From an uncultured bacterium (GTDB taxonomy: Bacteria; Eisenbacteria; RBG-16-71-46; CAIMUX01; WJJG01), in assembly GCA_964573295.1 (NCBI GenBank), contig CAZNJE010000002.1:31351-95350 (forward strand): DNA of 64,000 nucleotides, written 5' to 3'. Numbering within the stretch: position 1 is the stretch's first letter; the number at the start of each line of letters is the position of its first letter. The notes below the pieces were generated by a model. The model saw only the letters and a list, made by a program, of their open reading frames with translations. It made no database searches and was not told the origin of the DNA. A program made the position numbers and the translations under genes. Below, piece after piece: positions 21,842 through 31,816 of this stretch.

Positions 21842-22426
21842 ATGCGCCCAGCCATCTCGTCTGCCCAGGAGCTCGCGCTGCGCCGACGCTACGATGCGTG
21901 TCTGGCTCAGATTCTCATCTGGAGCGAGGACATCGCCTCTCCAGACGAGTTCGCTCTGCGCAGCCTTGCGAAGATCGGCGAAACCGCCTCGGTATCAAGG
22001 GCTTACATCTTCCGCTTCGATTACCCGGCCCGACGGATCCGCAACACCCATGAATGGACCGCTCCAGGCATACCGGCGCTCTTGGGCCTCGAGGTGGGCT
22101 TCGACGAGTTCCCCTTCTGGGTGGCCCAGCTCCAGGCCGGCCGGATGATCGTGGGCAGCGAGATCCGGCGGGATCTCCCGGCCGAAGTCCATGAAATTCT
22201 GACGCTTCAAGACATCGTGAGCATACTGGTCGGCCCGGTGAGGCTAGCCCACCGGGTGTGGGGATTCTTGGGTCTCGATGAATGCACCGCACTGCGGGAA
22301 TGGTCACCAGCCGAGATCGAGCTCTTCGGCTGTTTGTGTCGCGCGATGGGGGCGTGTCTGGAGCGGTCGGGCCTCGGGGCGGCAGCTTCCCCGAGAGCCT
22401 CCGAACGCCAGATACCTGCGTCTTGA
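21842..22426 (+). CDS. GAF domain protein
   Basis: ~190-aa product with GAF-like core (SRAYIFRFD...WTAPGIP...GFLGLDE). ATG at 21842 after GGAAGGGGG. Confidence 0.5.
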   Translation: MRPAISSAQELALRRRYDACLAQILIWSEDIASPDEFALRSLAKIGETASVSRAYIFRFDYPARRIRNTHEWTAPGIPALLGLEVGFDEFPFWVAQLQAGRMIVGSEIRRDLPAEVHEILTLQDIVSILVGPVRLAHRVWGFLGLDECTALREWSPAEIELFGCLCRAMGACLERSGLGAAASPRASERQIPAS

Positions 22427-22459
22427 CCCGGTTGCTGCCACAGGATAACTTTCTGACTT

Positions 22460-22978
22460 ATGAACCACACAGATCCCACCCCACAGAAAGCGGTGGCGGA
22501 CGATCAGTTTGCAATTGACGCCGCCCGCATGTTGCGCAACGCGGGATTGAAGGTGACCCGTACGCGGGTTGGTCTTCTCAACCTGCTCGCGCGAAAGAGC
22601 CGTCATCTCACCGCCGACGAGATCACGGCCGGCCTGCATGCCGAGGGCATCCGGCTGGATCGGGTGACCGTCTACCGCAACATCGAACGTCTGCTGGACG
22701 TGGGTATCTTCGTGGCCTCGTTCCTGCCGGGCCGGGCCTTGCGTGTAGGCCTGTGCCGGTGTCCGGATGCCCCCCATCATCATCACATCGTGTGCCTGCA
22801 TTGCGGCAGGCTGGCCGAGACGCAAGGTTGTCTCGTGTCGGATCGCTGGGAAGACCTTCGCCAGGAGCTCGAAGCCCAAACCGGGTTTGCACTGGAAGGA
22901 CACGTCATGCAGTATGTCGGCGTGTGTCCGGAGTGCCGAGCCGCCGGCAAGCGTGGCACCGGTGCCGAATTCCGTTGA
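22460..22978 (+). CDS. Fur-family metalloregulator (Fur/Zur/PerR)
   Basis: N-terminal winged-helix region (LKVTRTRVGLLNLLA...HLTADEI) and C-terminal HHHH...C..C...C..C metal sites. Confidence 0.8.
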   Translation: MNHTDPTPQKAVADDQFAIDAARMLRNAGLKVTRTRVGLLNLLARKSRHLTADEITAGLHAEGIRLDRVTVYRNIERLLDVGIFVASFLPGRALRVGLCRCPDAPHHHHIVCLHCGRLAETQGCLVSDRWEDLRQELEAQTGFALEGHVMQYVGVCPECRAAGKRGTGAEFR

Positions 22979-23038
22979 TCCATTCGTTCCGCAAGAGGTC
23001 GCCTTCGCCCATCGAGGCGGGCGTGGTGGGAGATTTGC

Positions 23039-25117
23039 ATGAAGTGGTGGCGGACGCCCGTTTCCGATAGACCCGTCCTGCCCCTGGCATTCTGGGGCTT
23101 CGCAATCCTGGCCTTCACGATCCTGGCCCCGACCTGGCTCACGGGCTGCACGGGCTCATCCGCTCACCGTCCCGCGCAGGCGGATGCCGGCCCCGCGCCC
23201 GACGGGGATTCATCGAGGACCGAGGATCCGAGCACAACCGATGCGTACGGCCGGACCCTCGGATCCGGCGACCTCGACCCGTCCGGCCGGAACGATGGAG
23301 TCGCCAGGATCGATGCCGCCGGAAGCGACTCTTCACAAACCGATGCCGACTGGCTCATCGACAGTCTCGCCGTACCGGTCGACTCCCTCAATCTTCCGGG
23401 CGCGTTCCAGGTCGATTTGCCGGACATCTCCGACAGCCTGGCCGCCGCTACCGAAGCGCAGCTTCCCTCGGTGGACGAGATCTTCGACTACCCGATCGAG
23501 TTCAACCGCCGCGTGCTGGCGTGGATCGACTTCTATCTGGGTCGCGGTCGGCGCAGCTTCGACCACAGTTTGGAAAGGTCCGGCCGTTACTTGGCGATGG
23601 CGCGCAGGATCTTTGCCGAGGAAGGCGTTCCGCAAGACCTGGCTTCCCTGGCGCACGTGGAGAGCGGATTCCGGCACAACGCGCAGTCACCGGCGCGCGC
23701 CTTGGGGCTCTGGCAGTTCATGCGCGGCACGGCCCGCCGCTACGGACTGCGGTGCGATGCCTATGTCGACGAGCGGCTCGATCCGGAGAAGTCGACCCGG
23801 GCCTGCGCCCAGCATCTCCGCGACCTCTACGCCGAGTACGGCGACTGGTACTTGTCCCTGGCCGCCTACAATGCCGGTGCCGGCAAGGTGAACCGGGCCA
23901 TCCGCAAGACGCGCGAGCGCAACTTCTGGGACATCGCGCGCACCCGCTACCTGGTCAACGAAACACGCAACTTCGTCCCGGCGATCCTGGCGGCAACGAT
24001 CCTGGCCAAGAGCCCAGGTGCCTATGGTTTCAAGGAAACGACCGAGCCACCGCTCGAGTACGACACGATCACGGTCGACACCCCGACCGATCTGCGCGTG
24101 CTCTCGGCCGCCGCGGGCATCCCGCTCGCCGAGCTGGTTGATCTCAACCCCGCGCTGTTGCTGATGCAAACCCCTCGCGGGGAACCCTATACCGTTCACG
24201 TGCCCGCAGGCTTCGGTGAGGCGGTGGCAGCCGCCCTCGGCGAGATTCCGCCCGAGAAACGGCTCGTGCATCACCGGCACGTGGTTCGCAGTGGACAGAC
24301 ATTGGGAGGGCTGGCCCACCGCTATGGCACCACGGTTGGCGCCATTCAGGACGCCAACGGGATGGGCCGCAGAACGACAATCTACGCCGGCGATACGCTG
24401 TTGATCCCCAGTCGTCACGGAGGTCTCGGCGATCTCGCCCTGGCGGCCGGCCCGGACGGCACGATCAAGCATACCGTGCGACGGGGAGAGTGTCTGTCGA
24501 ATATCGCCGCGCACTACCGGGTCAAAGTCGGCGCGATCAGCTCCGCCAACGGACTGGCCGACCCCCGTCGCATCTACCCGGGCCAAGTGCTCGCGATCCC
24601 TTTGCCTCCCGACCGGCTCCTGACCCAGCTCGCCGAACGCGATCCGGTGGGGCTGGGCTCGGGCGGCGCTCTGCCGGTACGCGCTCAGAACAACTCCGAC
24701 TCGCTGGGCCGGGTGGCCAGCACGGCCCACATCGTGGAGCAAGCCCGCGAGGCCATCAAGCTCGAGGAAGCCCGTGCCGCCGAGGAAAACCGCCGGCTAC
24801 CGAGCCCCACACTGCACACGGTGCGGCGCGGTGACACCCTCTCGGAGATCGCCACGCGCTACGACGTGCGCGTATCCGAGTTGCGTCGCTGGAACGGGTT
24901 GGGGCGCTCGAGCTTGATCTATCCCGGCCAGGATCTGCGAGTCGCCCCGCCCGACGGGAACCCCTCCGGCGAATCGCGGGTGCACGTAGTACAGCGCGGT
25001 GAGTCGCTGTGGACGATTGCTCAGCGCTACGGGGTGCGGGTCTCCGATCTCACCCAGTGGAACGACATCAGCCGGGGGGGGATCATCCGGCCTGGCCAGA
25101 AGCTCCTGCTATACTAG
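23039..25117 (+). CDS. mltD: Membrane-bound lytic murein transglycosylase D-like protein (SLT domain plus four LysM domains)
   Basis: Lipobox LTGC. SLT core (ESGF..NAQSPARALGLWQFM...YNAGAGKV). Four C-terminal LysM repeats (HTVRRGDTLSEIA...RWNGL). Confidence 0.85.
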   Translation: MKWWRTPVSDRPVLPLAFWGFAILAFTILAPTWLTGCTGSSAHRPAQADAGPAPDGDSSRTEDPSTTDAYGRTLGSGDLDPSGRNDGVARIDAAGSDSSQTDADWLIDSLAVPVDSLNLPGAFQVDLPDISDSLAAATEAQLPSVDEIFDYPIEFNRRVLAWIDFYLGRGRRSFDHSLERSGRYLAMARRIFAEEGVPQDLASLAHVESGFRHNAQSPARALGLWQFMRGTARRYGLRCDAYVDERLDPEKSTRACAQHLRDLYAEYGDWYLSLAAYNAGAGKVNRAIRKTRERNFWDIARTRYLVNETRNFVPAILAATILAKSPGAYGFKETTEPPLEYDTITVDTPTDLRVLSAAAGIPLAELVDLNPALLLMQTPRGEPYTVHVPAGFGEAVAAALGEIPPEKRLVHHRHVVRSGQTLGGLAHRYGTTVGAIQDANGMGRRTTIYAGDTLLIPSRHGGLGDLALAAGPDGTIKHTVRRGECLSNIAAHYRVKVGAISSANGLADPRRIYPGQVLAIPLPPDRLLTQLAERDPVGLGSGGALPVRAQNNSDSLGRVASTAHIVEQAREAIKLEEARAAEENRRLPSPTLHTVRRGDTLSEIATRYDVRVSELRRWNGLGRSSLIYPGQDLRVAPPDGNPSGESRVHVVQRGESLWTIAQRYGVRVSDLTQWNDISRGGIIRPGQKLLLY

Positions 25118-25353
25118 CCTCGCCTGGTTCCTCGACTGGCTCGGCTGGATTCGCAGAGTAGCCCGGTCCGGCTCGCAGGACCGGCCGGCTGGGATCCGGC
25201 GCGCTCGTACCCTATCGGCGCCCACACTCGACTCCGCGAAGCGTCCGCGGCAGGACCGTGATTCTGTGCCGCTGCCTAGCCCCATGCGCAATGCAAACAG
25301 GCCAAGTGAAGTGGATCGAACTCGCTTTGCCTGGCACGCCGAGGGGGGATCCC

Positions 25354-26802
25354 ATGCACAAGTTTCCGTTCGTTGGGCGGTCGTTCCTGTTCGTTGGCCA
25401 GCCACCCTCGTTCGTTAGGCAGTCGCTCCCCTTTGCTGGACGGCCGCTCCCCTTTGCTGGACAGTCGCTCCCCTTTGCTGGACAGTCGCTCCTGTTCGCC
25501 ACGTTCAGGCTCCTCCTGGCCGGGTTCTCGCTCTGTGCTCTTCTTCCCTCCTCGGCCTTGGCGGAGCACTGGGTGGTCGATCCATCCGGCGGCGGTGACT
25601 TCACCCACATTCAACCCGCCATCGAAGCGGCAACGCCCGGGGACGAGATCGAGGTTCTGGCAGGCACGTATGCGGAGGAACTCGATTACCTGGGCAAGGA
25701 TTTGCGCGTCTTCGCCAGCCAAGGTCCAGATGTCACCGTACTCACCCCTCCCGTCCCGACCACTCGCTCGACCCATCTGGTCACGTTCGCATCGGGTGAG
25801 GGCTCGGCAGCCAGTCTCGAAGGCTTCACGCTCAGCGCTTCCTCGGGGCCTCTCGTCGCGAGCCTGGGCGGTACGGGCGGCGGGGCGATCGGCTGCTACG
25901 GTAGCGAGCCGCAGATCCTCGGCTGCGTCTTCCTGCAGAACGAAGCGGATTACGGCGGGGGCATTCTGCTGATCGACGCCAACCCAACCATCTCGGGATG
26001 CACGTTCCTCGAGAATCTCGCGCATATCAGCGGTTCGGCGATCGCGGGGCCCAATTCGGCGCCGAGCATTCTCGAATGCCGTTTCGAGGACAATGAGGCC
26101 GTGACCGGTTCGGGAACGGTGCAGCTAGCCCTTCCCTGCGACATCGTGGCCTGCGAGTTCATCAACAACCGCGCGCACAGCGGCGGCGCGATCAGCTGTC
26201 CGTACGATACCGCCAACCTCCTCATCAAAGGGTGCACCTTCGAATCGAACCAGTCGACCGTCACCCATGGCGGCGCCATCCGCATTCACGAGGCCAGCCC
26301 AACGATCGAGTCCTGCACCTTCGTCGACAACCGGGCGGCTCTCGACGGCGGCGCGATCTTCACAGTCGATGGCGGTTCGGCCGAGCTGCGCCACTGCACC
26401 TTCTACTTCAACCTTGCCCAGCGCAGCGGAGGCCACCTGGCGGTGCTCAACGGGGCCACCCCCCTGATCGAGAACTGCATTCTCTCCGAGGCCCTGGGCG
26501 GCTACGGCGTCTTCGTCGACAGCGCCCTGCCGGCGTTCGTGTGCAACGCGTTCTGGAACAATCACCCCCTGAACTTCCTGAACTTCGAGGATCCCTCAGG
26601 CACCGACGGCAACTTCACGGCCGATCCTCTGTTCTGTGATGTGTTCAGCTACGACTTCACAATCGATACAAACTCACCCTGCGCCGAAGAAAACAACCCG
26701 CTCTGCGGCCAGATCGGGCGCTTCGGCGTGGCGTGTGGCGGCGTCCGCTGCCATTGCATCAGCTGGGGACACTTGCGAACGCGGTTCGATCCGCGGCCCT
26801 AG
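25354..26802 (+). CDS. Secreted right-handed parallel beta-helix repeat protein with N-terminal heptapeptide repeat array
   Basis: ATG at 25354, 5 nt after GAGGGGGG. N-terminus F[VA]G[RQ]xLP x6 encoded by 21-bp tandem repeats, then a hydrophobic signal/anchor. Many PbH1-like repeats (GGAI.., C.F..N, SGG) follow. Confidence 0.7.
   Translation: MHKFPFVGRSFLFVGQPPSFVRQSLPFAGRPLPFAGQSLPFAGQSLLFATFRLLLAGFSLCALLPSSALAEHWVVDPSGGGDFTHIQPAIEAATPGDEIEVLAGTYAEELDYLGKDLRVFASQGPDVTVLTPPVPTTRSTHLVTFASGEGSAASLEGFTLSASSGPLVASLGGTGGGAIGCYGSEPQILGCVFLQNEADYGGGILLIDANPTISGCTFLENLAHISGSAIAGPNSAPSILECRFEDNEAVTGSGTVQLALPCDIVACEFINNRAHSGGAISCPYDTANLLIKGCTFESNQSTVTHGGAIRIHEASPTIESCTFVDNRAALDGGAIFTVDGGSAELRHCTFYFNLAQRSGGHLAVLNGATPLIENCILSEALGGYGVFVDSALPAFVCNAFWNNHPLNFLNFEDPSGTDGNFTADPLFCDVFSYDFTIDTNSPCAEENNPLCGQIGRFGVACGGVRCHCISWGHLRTRFDPRP
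25365..25500 (+). repeat. 21-bp tandem repeat x6 (in frame, N-terminus of the beta-helix protein)
   Basis: gttcgttgggcggtcgttcct / gttcgttggccagccaccctc / gttcgttaggcagtcgctccc / ctttgctggacggccgctccc / ctttgctggacagtcgctccc x2, seen directly in the sequence. Confidence 0.9.
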
Positions 26803-27075
26803 CCCAAACGCGGCCCTAGCCCAGACGCGGCTCGAGCCCAGACGCGGCTCGAGCCTGAACGCAGCTTCGGCACCAACGGTCGAGGAGACGAAATGCACCC
26901 AGCCCTCCATACCTACCAATCGGCACACCAACACCCCGGTCGCCGCGCGCCGGCATGCATCTCGGTCCACAGAACCACGCCAACCACGCGAACCGGACCG
27001 ACCTCCCCAGCCGCAGCGACCGCGCGAAACGGTGCGACTACGCGAAACGGTGCGACTACGCGAAACGGTGCGCCC

Positions 27076-27786
27076 ATGCCGGCCGGGACGCCCTTGAGAG
27101 CCCGAGCGCTCCCAGGAATCAGGTCACTTCCGCGAACCACGTCGTTCCTCGGGACCTTGGTACCTCTGGTTCCCTTGGTTCCCTTGGTTCCTTTGGCTCC
27201 TTTGGCACTCTTGACTGTTCTCACTCTCACGGCCCTCTGGACGCCGAACGCCACGGCTCAGGTCGAGGCCGCCGACCCGGTCACCGAAAGCGCATCCGCC
27301 CAGGTCGAGGCCGCCGACCCGGTCACCGAAAGCGCATCCGAAGCCGGAGGTGTCAGCAGCACCGCGGCCGATTCTCTGCTCATCCAGGTTCGTAAAGTGA
27401 TTGAGCCCAGCGACGGCACGACAGTGCTCCATTTCCACGCCACCGAGCGTTGCGCCGACTGCATCCTGATCGAGACCTACGCCCGAGACGCGATCGAAGA
27501 GCAGTTCGTCTCAGAGCTCGAGGATGGTCAGCTAACATTCCGGCTGATCAACATCGACGAGCCACGAAACGCTCCTTTGCGCGAGTACTACGACATCGAC
27601 GACACCATGGTCGTGCTGACCCGCTGGCGAGACGGCCAGCAGCTCGAGTGGATGGCCCTTTGGGAGGTCTGGGACTATGTCGAGGATCCTCTCTCGATGG
27701 GCTTGTATGTCACCGACGAAGTATTCAGCTATGTCGAGAAGGACGAGCGCGAGCGGGAGGAAGCCGCCGTTTCGGGTAATGACTAG
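27076..27786 (+). CDS. Secreted hypothetical protein (repeat-containing N-terminus)
   Basis: ATG at 27076. Signal peptide with (LVP)x3 from a 9-bp repeat, AQVEAADPVTESAS x2 from a 42-bp repeat, then a ~150-aa acidic domain (HFHATERCADCILIE...). No family recognised. Confidence 0.5.
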   Translation: MPAGTPLRARALPGIRSLPRTTSFLGTLVPLVPLVPLVPLAPLALLTVLTLTALWTPNATAQVEAADPVTESASAQVEAADPVTESASEAGGVSSTAADSLLIQVRKVIEPSDGTTVLHFHATERCADCILIETYARDAIEEQFVSELEDGQLTFRLINIDEPRNAPLREYYDIDDTMVVLTRWRDGQQLEWMALWEVWDYVEDPLSMGLYVTDEVFSYVEKDEREREEAAVSGND

Positions 27787-27894
27787 CCCCCCGCGCCGGC
27801 TGATACGGCAAACGCCCTGGCGGGAAGTAGACGTTGGAAGGCCTACGCCGTAGGCGGACGGCAGACGCTGGAAGACAAACGCTTATGATCGCCT

Positions 27895-28608
27895 ATGATC
27901 CCTAGAGTCTTGCTCGATCGGGCCCCGGTTCCCCTGAGTTCCGAAGAGCTGCACCTCTACCAGCGCGGCTCGGAGTACTCGATCTGGATCGGCCAGACCC
28001 AGCTCATGACAAGCCAGACACACGGTTCCGAAGAACGGCTTGGGGAGCTGGCCTGCCAACCGCTGGCCACCAAACGGAAGCCCCAACTCCTAATCGGAGG
28101 GCTGGGCATGGGCTTCACGCTGGCGGCGGCCCTACGCCAGCTGCCGCCCGGGGCGCAGGTCACCGTAGCCGAGCTGATCCCCGCCGTCGTGGCTTGGAAC
28201 CGCGGTCCGCTGGCCCATCTCGCCGGTCACCCCCTTGGAGATCATCGAGTCACCGTTCGCGAGATGGACGTCGCTGTCATCCTGAGGACCCCCGACCGGC
28301 CGTTCGATGCGATTCTCATGGACGTCGACAACGGCCCCGAAGGATTGACCCGTGAGGAAAACGACTGGCTCTATGACTTCACGGGTCTGGGCATCACCTA
28401 CGCGGCCCTCAAGCCCGGCGGCGTGCTCACCGTGTGGTCCTCCCACCCCGACCAAGCGTTCACCCGTCGTCTGCGCCAGGTAGGCTTCACCGTGGAGGAG
28501 ATACCCGTGCGGGCGACTGGCGGAGGCAAGGGCGCGCGACACTTGATCTGGGTGGCAAGACGAGCACGCCGGAATGTTGTCAAGGCAAAACGGCGTAACT
28601 CATTCTGA
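27895..28608 (+). CDS. Short spermidine/spermine synthase-like (PABS-fold) class I methyltransferase-family protein
   Basis: LLIGGLGMGFT glycine-rich nucleotide/SAM motif, DAILMDVDNGPEGL acidic motif, ~237 aa. Confidence 0.55.
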   Translation: MIPRVLLDRAPVPLSSEELHLYQRGSEYSIWIGQTQLMTSQTHGSEERLGELACQPLATKRKPQLLIGGLGMGFTLAAALRQLPPGAQVTVAELIPAVVAWNRGPLAHLAGHPLGDHRVTVREMDVAVILRTPDRPFDAILMDVDNGPEGLTREENDWLYDFTGLGITYAALKPGGVLTVWSSHPDQAFTRRLRQVGFTVEEIPVRATGGGKGARHLIWVARRARRNVVKAKRRNSF

Positions 28609-29796
28609 ATCAACGAGTTATCATTGGATTCCGGAATCAAGGCCTAAGTCCTTGCAAGACAAAGAGTTTCGCTGTTTGCCCTTGTCAAATTTGGAGTTCG
28701 CTAAAGTATGTCGTCGTCCAGAAGCGCGACCTCAGGCTGGACAGGGCTGAACCGTGCCGGCCAGCGGCTGACCCATGCCAGCCCGCAGATAACCCGTGCC
28801 AGCCCGCAGATAACCCGTGCCAGCCCGCAGATGGCCGCTTAGCGCCAGCCCCTTTCCCGAAATGGGATGGTGGGCGGGAGCACTCGATCCACGACAGGAG
28901 GCCGCGGAGAATATCAACGCACCCTGGGCTTGTCTCACACGAATCTCAGACGAATCATCGAATTCGGTCTTGGCTTGGCGATTTTGCCAAATTACAATCT
29001 TCCCAATCTTCTTGTTGTTTCCGATCACGCCGTCGAGGAAGCTCCTCATGGATTCCGTACATAGCGCACAGCTCGAGGCACGCGCCCAGACTCTGAAGGC
29101 GATGGCTCGCCCCTTGTGGCCTTGCTCTACGCGGGAGCGGCCGTCAGCGTCCTCGCCATCATTCTCACCGCACGGATCCTGGGCCCGGAGTTCGCCGTCG
29201 AAATCCCATCCGCCCCGGGCGGTGAAGCGCACAGATAGAGAAGGCCGGAGCGATCCCGCCTCCTCCGACAACTCCACCCGGAGCAAGAGCACGAGTCGAT
29301 GGAGTATCTCTTCACAGAGTTGACCAATGCAGTCCAGGGCTCACTGGCCACCGCGTTCTTGGCCGCGCAGGTGGCCGCGCAGGTAGCCGCGCAGGTGGCC
29401 GCGCAGGTGGCCGCGCAGATGGCCGCGTTCACCTCGGGCGTTCTCAGCGTCCTCCTCAGCCCCTGCCGCCTTGCCAGCATCCCGGTCATCGCAGCCCATG
29501 ACAACCGGCTCTATGGCGGAGCCCTGCTGTTGCTCTGCGGTGTGGGGCACCGCGCGGTGATCGTCGCCGCCGGGATCTCGGCCGGCTGGGTGCACCGCGA
29601 CATGAACTGGAACGAGGCCTCCCGAGGCGGCCTCTGGTTGCGCTGCGCGAGGTTCGCTGTCGGGCTCATGGGGACTGGTGCCCACTCTCGGGCCGGATGG
29701 GCTGGTGCCCAGCAATGGACCCGAAGACAAGAGTTCTGAGAACCTGGTTCACACTGCTCGATCGCATGGTCGGGTTGGAAGGAGAACAAGTTCACC

Positions 29797-31002
29797 ATGG
29801 CAACGAAAGCTTGCATCACCAAGGAGCCCACAGGGCTCGGCTTCTTCGAACGCTACCTGACCCTGTGGGTGTTGCTCTGCATCGGCCTGGGGATCGTCTT
29901 GGGCCGGCTCGCGCCGGGGATAGCGCGCACGCTTGATGGTCTCGCGATCTACAGCGACGGCGCGCCGGTCGTCTCGATTCCCATCGCGATCTGCCTCTTC
30001 TTCATGATGTATCCAATCATGGTCAAGATCGACTTCGGGGAGGTGCTGCGTGCGGGGCGCAATGCGAAGCCGGTGACCCTGACGTTGGTCATCAACTGGC
30101 TCGTCAAGCCATTCACGATGTACGCCATCGCGTTCCTGTTCCTGGGGGTGCTCTTCCGGCAGTTCATCGGCCCCGAGGCGGTCGATCACGTCAAGATGCC
30201 CTTGGGACTGGACCTGGCCGTGGGCGAGATCTACGGGTCGGGCCGGGTCGTCCTCGTCGACGGCGTCAAGATGCTGGCCGTACCGCTGTGGCGCAGCTAT
30301 CTGGCCGGATGCCTTCTGCTGGGCATCGCCCCCTGCACGGCGATGGTGCTGGTCTGGGGCCACTTGGCCCGCGGCAACGCCGCCCACACCCTCGTCATGG
30401 TGGCGATCAACTCGCTGACCATGCTCGTTCTCTACGGCGTGCTGGGAGGATTCTTGCTGGGCGTGGGCCGCCTGCCCGTTCCTTGGCAGGCACTGCTGCT
30501 CTCGATCGGCGTCTACGTCGCCCTGCCCTTGGTGGCCGGCTATCTGTCACGCCGATGGGTCGTCTCCGCCAAGGGCGAGGCCTGGTTCCAGGAGAAGTTC
30601 CTGCACATCTTGACCCCCATCACGATCATTGCGCTCCTGCTCACCCTGGTGTTGCTCTTCTCCTTCAAGGGCGATGTCATCCTGGGAAATCCGCTGACCA
30701 TCGTCTGGATCGCGATTCCGCTCTTCTTGCAGACGGTCCTGATCTTCGCCGTGACCTACGCCCTGGCCAAGGTCCTGGGCCTGAGCTATCCGGATGCGGC
30801 CCCGTCGGCGATGATCGGCGCCTCGAACCACTTCGAGGTCGCCATCGCCACCGCGACGATGCTCTTCGGGTTGTCATCGGGCGCCGCGCTCGCTACGGTC
30901 GTGGGCGTCCTGATCGAGGTGCCCGTCATGCTCATGCTGGTGCGCATCTGTCTGCGGACGGCCGGTTGGTTTCGCCATGGGCCGGAGGGGGAAACGCCAT
31001 GA
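29797..31002 (+). CDS. acr3: ACR3-family arsenite efflux transporter
   Basis: 10-TM profile with near full-length similarity to Acr3/ArsB-type proteins ([13 protein letters not shown]..., GIAPCTAMV...). Confidence 0.9.
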   Translation: MATKACITKEPTGLGFFERYLTLWVLLCIGLGIVLGRLAPGIARTLDGLAIYSDGAPVVSIPIAICLFFMMYPIMVKIDFGEVLRAGRNAKPVTLTLVINWLVKPFTMYAIAFLFLGVLFRQFIGPEAVDHVKMPLGLDLAVGEIYGSGRVVLVDGVKMLAVPLWRSYLAGCLLLGIAPCTAMVLVWGHLARGNAAHTLVMVAINSLTMLVLYGVLGGFLLGVGRLPVPWQALLLSIGVYVALPLVAGYLSRRWVVSAKGEAWFQEKFLHILTPITIIALLLTLVLLFSFKGDVILGNPLTIVWIAIPLFLQTVLIFAVTYALAKVLGLSYPDAAPSAMIGASNHFEVAIATATMLFGLSSGAALATVVGVLIEVPVMLMLVRICLRTAGWFRHGPEGETP

Positions 31003-31415
31003 AGAGCTATCGCAAGGAACTGTGGTTCGATATCAAGCGGCGCCGGGAGCTGATCAACATCACGCCCGATGTGGAGGCCTGCCTGCACGAGAGCGGCATT
31101 CAAGAGGGTCTGCTGCTCTGCAACGCCATGCACATCACGGCCAGCGTCTTCATCAACGACGACGAGTCCGGCCTCCATCACGACTACGAAGTCTGGCTCG
31201 AGAAGCTGGCGCCGGAGAAGCCGCACTCCCAGTACCGTCACAACAACGGCGAGGACAATGCCGACGCCCACCTGAAACGCACGATCATGGGTCGCGAAGT
31301 GGTCGTGGCAGTCACCGGCGGCAAACTGGACTTCGGCCCCTGGGAGCGAATCTTCTACGGCGAGTTCGATGGGTTGCGGCGCAAGCGGGTGTTGGTAAAG
31401 ATCATCGGCGAGTAG
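30999..31415 (+). CDS. YjbQ/UPF0047-family protein (secondary thiamine-phosphate synthase-like)
   Basis: Full-length similarity to YjbQ family ([14 protein letters not shown]......G.L.....HIT.S...N.......D...WLE...P....Y.H...G...AH...). Confidence 0.75.
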   Translation: MKSYRKELWFDIKRRRELINITPDVEACLHESGIQEGLLLCNAMHITASVFINDDESGLHHDYEVWLEKLAPEKPHSQYRHNNGEDNADAHLKRTIMGREVVVAVTGGKLDFGPWERIFYGEFDGLRRKRVLVKIIGE

Positions 31416-31455
31416 CGCTGGCGCGGTTGCGGGGCACAATGAGATGCGCTGACGT

Positions 31456-31574
31456 CGCACGATCGGATGCCCCACGATCGGATGCCCCACGATCGGGTGC
31501 CCCACGATCGGATGCCGCACCATCGGATGCCGCACGATCCGACGTCGTATGATCGGTCGTAGCACGATCGGCAC
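31456..31574. repeat. 15-bp tandem repeat x8 (c[ac]cacgatcggatgc) in the intergenic region upstream of the cydA-like operon
   Basis: Read directly from the sequence. Copies degenerate toward the 3' end. Confidence 0.9.
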
Positions 31575-31625
31575 ATCTTCCTACTCATAAGCTACTTAAC
31601 TAGATAGTACCTGGACAAAGTCTCA

Positions 31626-31636
31626 CCCCCCCCCCC
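31626..31636. repeat. Homopolymeric C11 tract
   Basis: Eleven consecutive C at 31626-31636, about 180 nt upstream of the cydA'-like start. Confidence 0.9.
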
Positions 31637-31816
31637 AAGCGCCACCATATTTCAGTTGCGAGCTCCGGCGGCATCCCTATCATGGCCGCCAGTTCCGGCT
31701 ACCCATCCTCAGTGTGCGTCCGCGTCACAGCGCATGCTGCCAGCCACACCCGCAACGGGCCGGGACTCATCGTCAAACCCGTGGTCGTCGACCTCTAGCC
31801 GATCGAGGAATTGCCC

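Noticed and set aside
23687-26025. Minus-strand ORFs 23687-24742 and 25276-26025
   Set aside because: Antisense to the MltD-like and beta-helix genes. The second merely translates the 21-bp repeat array as GERLSSKGER repeats.
29299-29739. 146-aa ORF (MEYLF...AAQVAAQVAAQVAAQ...) as an ArsR-like regulator or membrane protein upstream of acr3
   Set aside because: No HTH or metal-binding motif. The conspicuous repeat is a direct translation of a 12-bp DNA array, and the rest is low complexity. Kept only as part of the ambiguous-region finding.
31456-31574. Possible CRISPR array
   Set aside because: Repeats are strictly contiguous 15-mers without intervening unique spacers. No cas genes are nearby. 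Same reasoning for all other arrays in the window.
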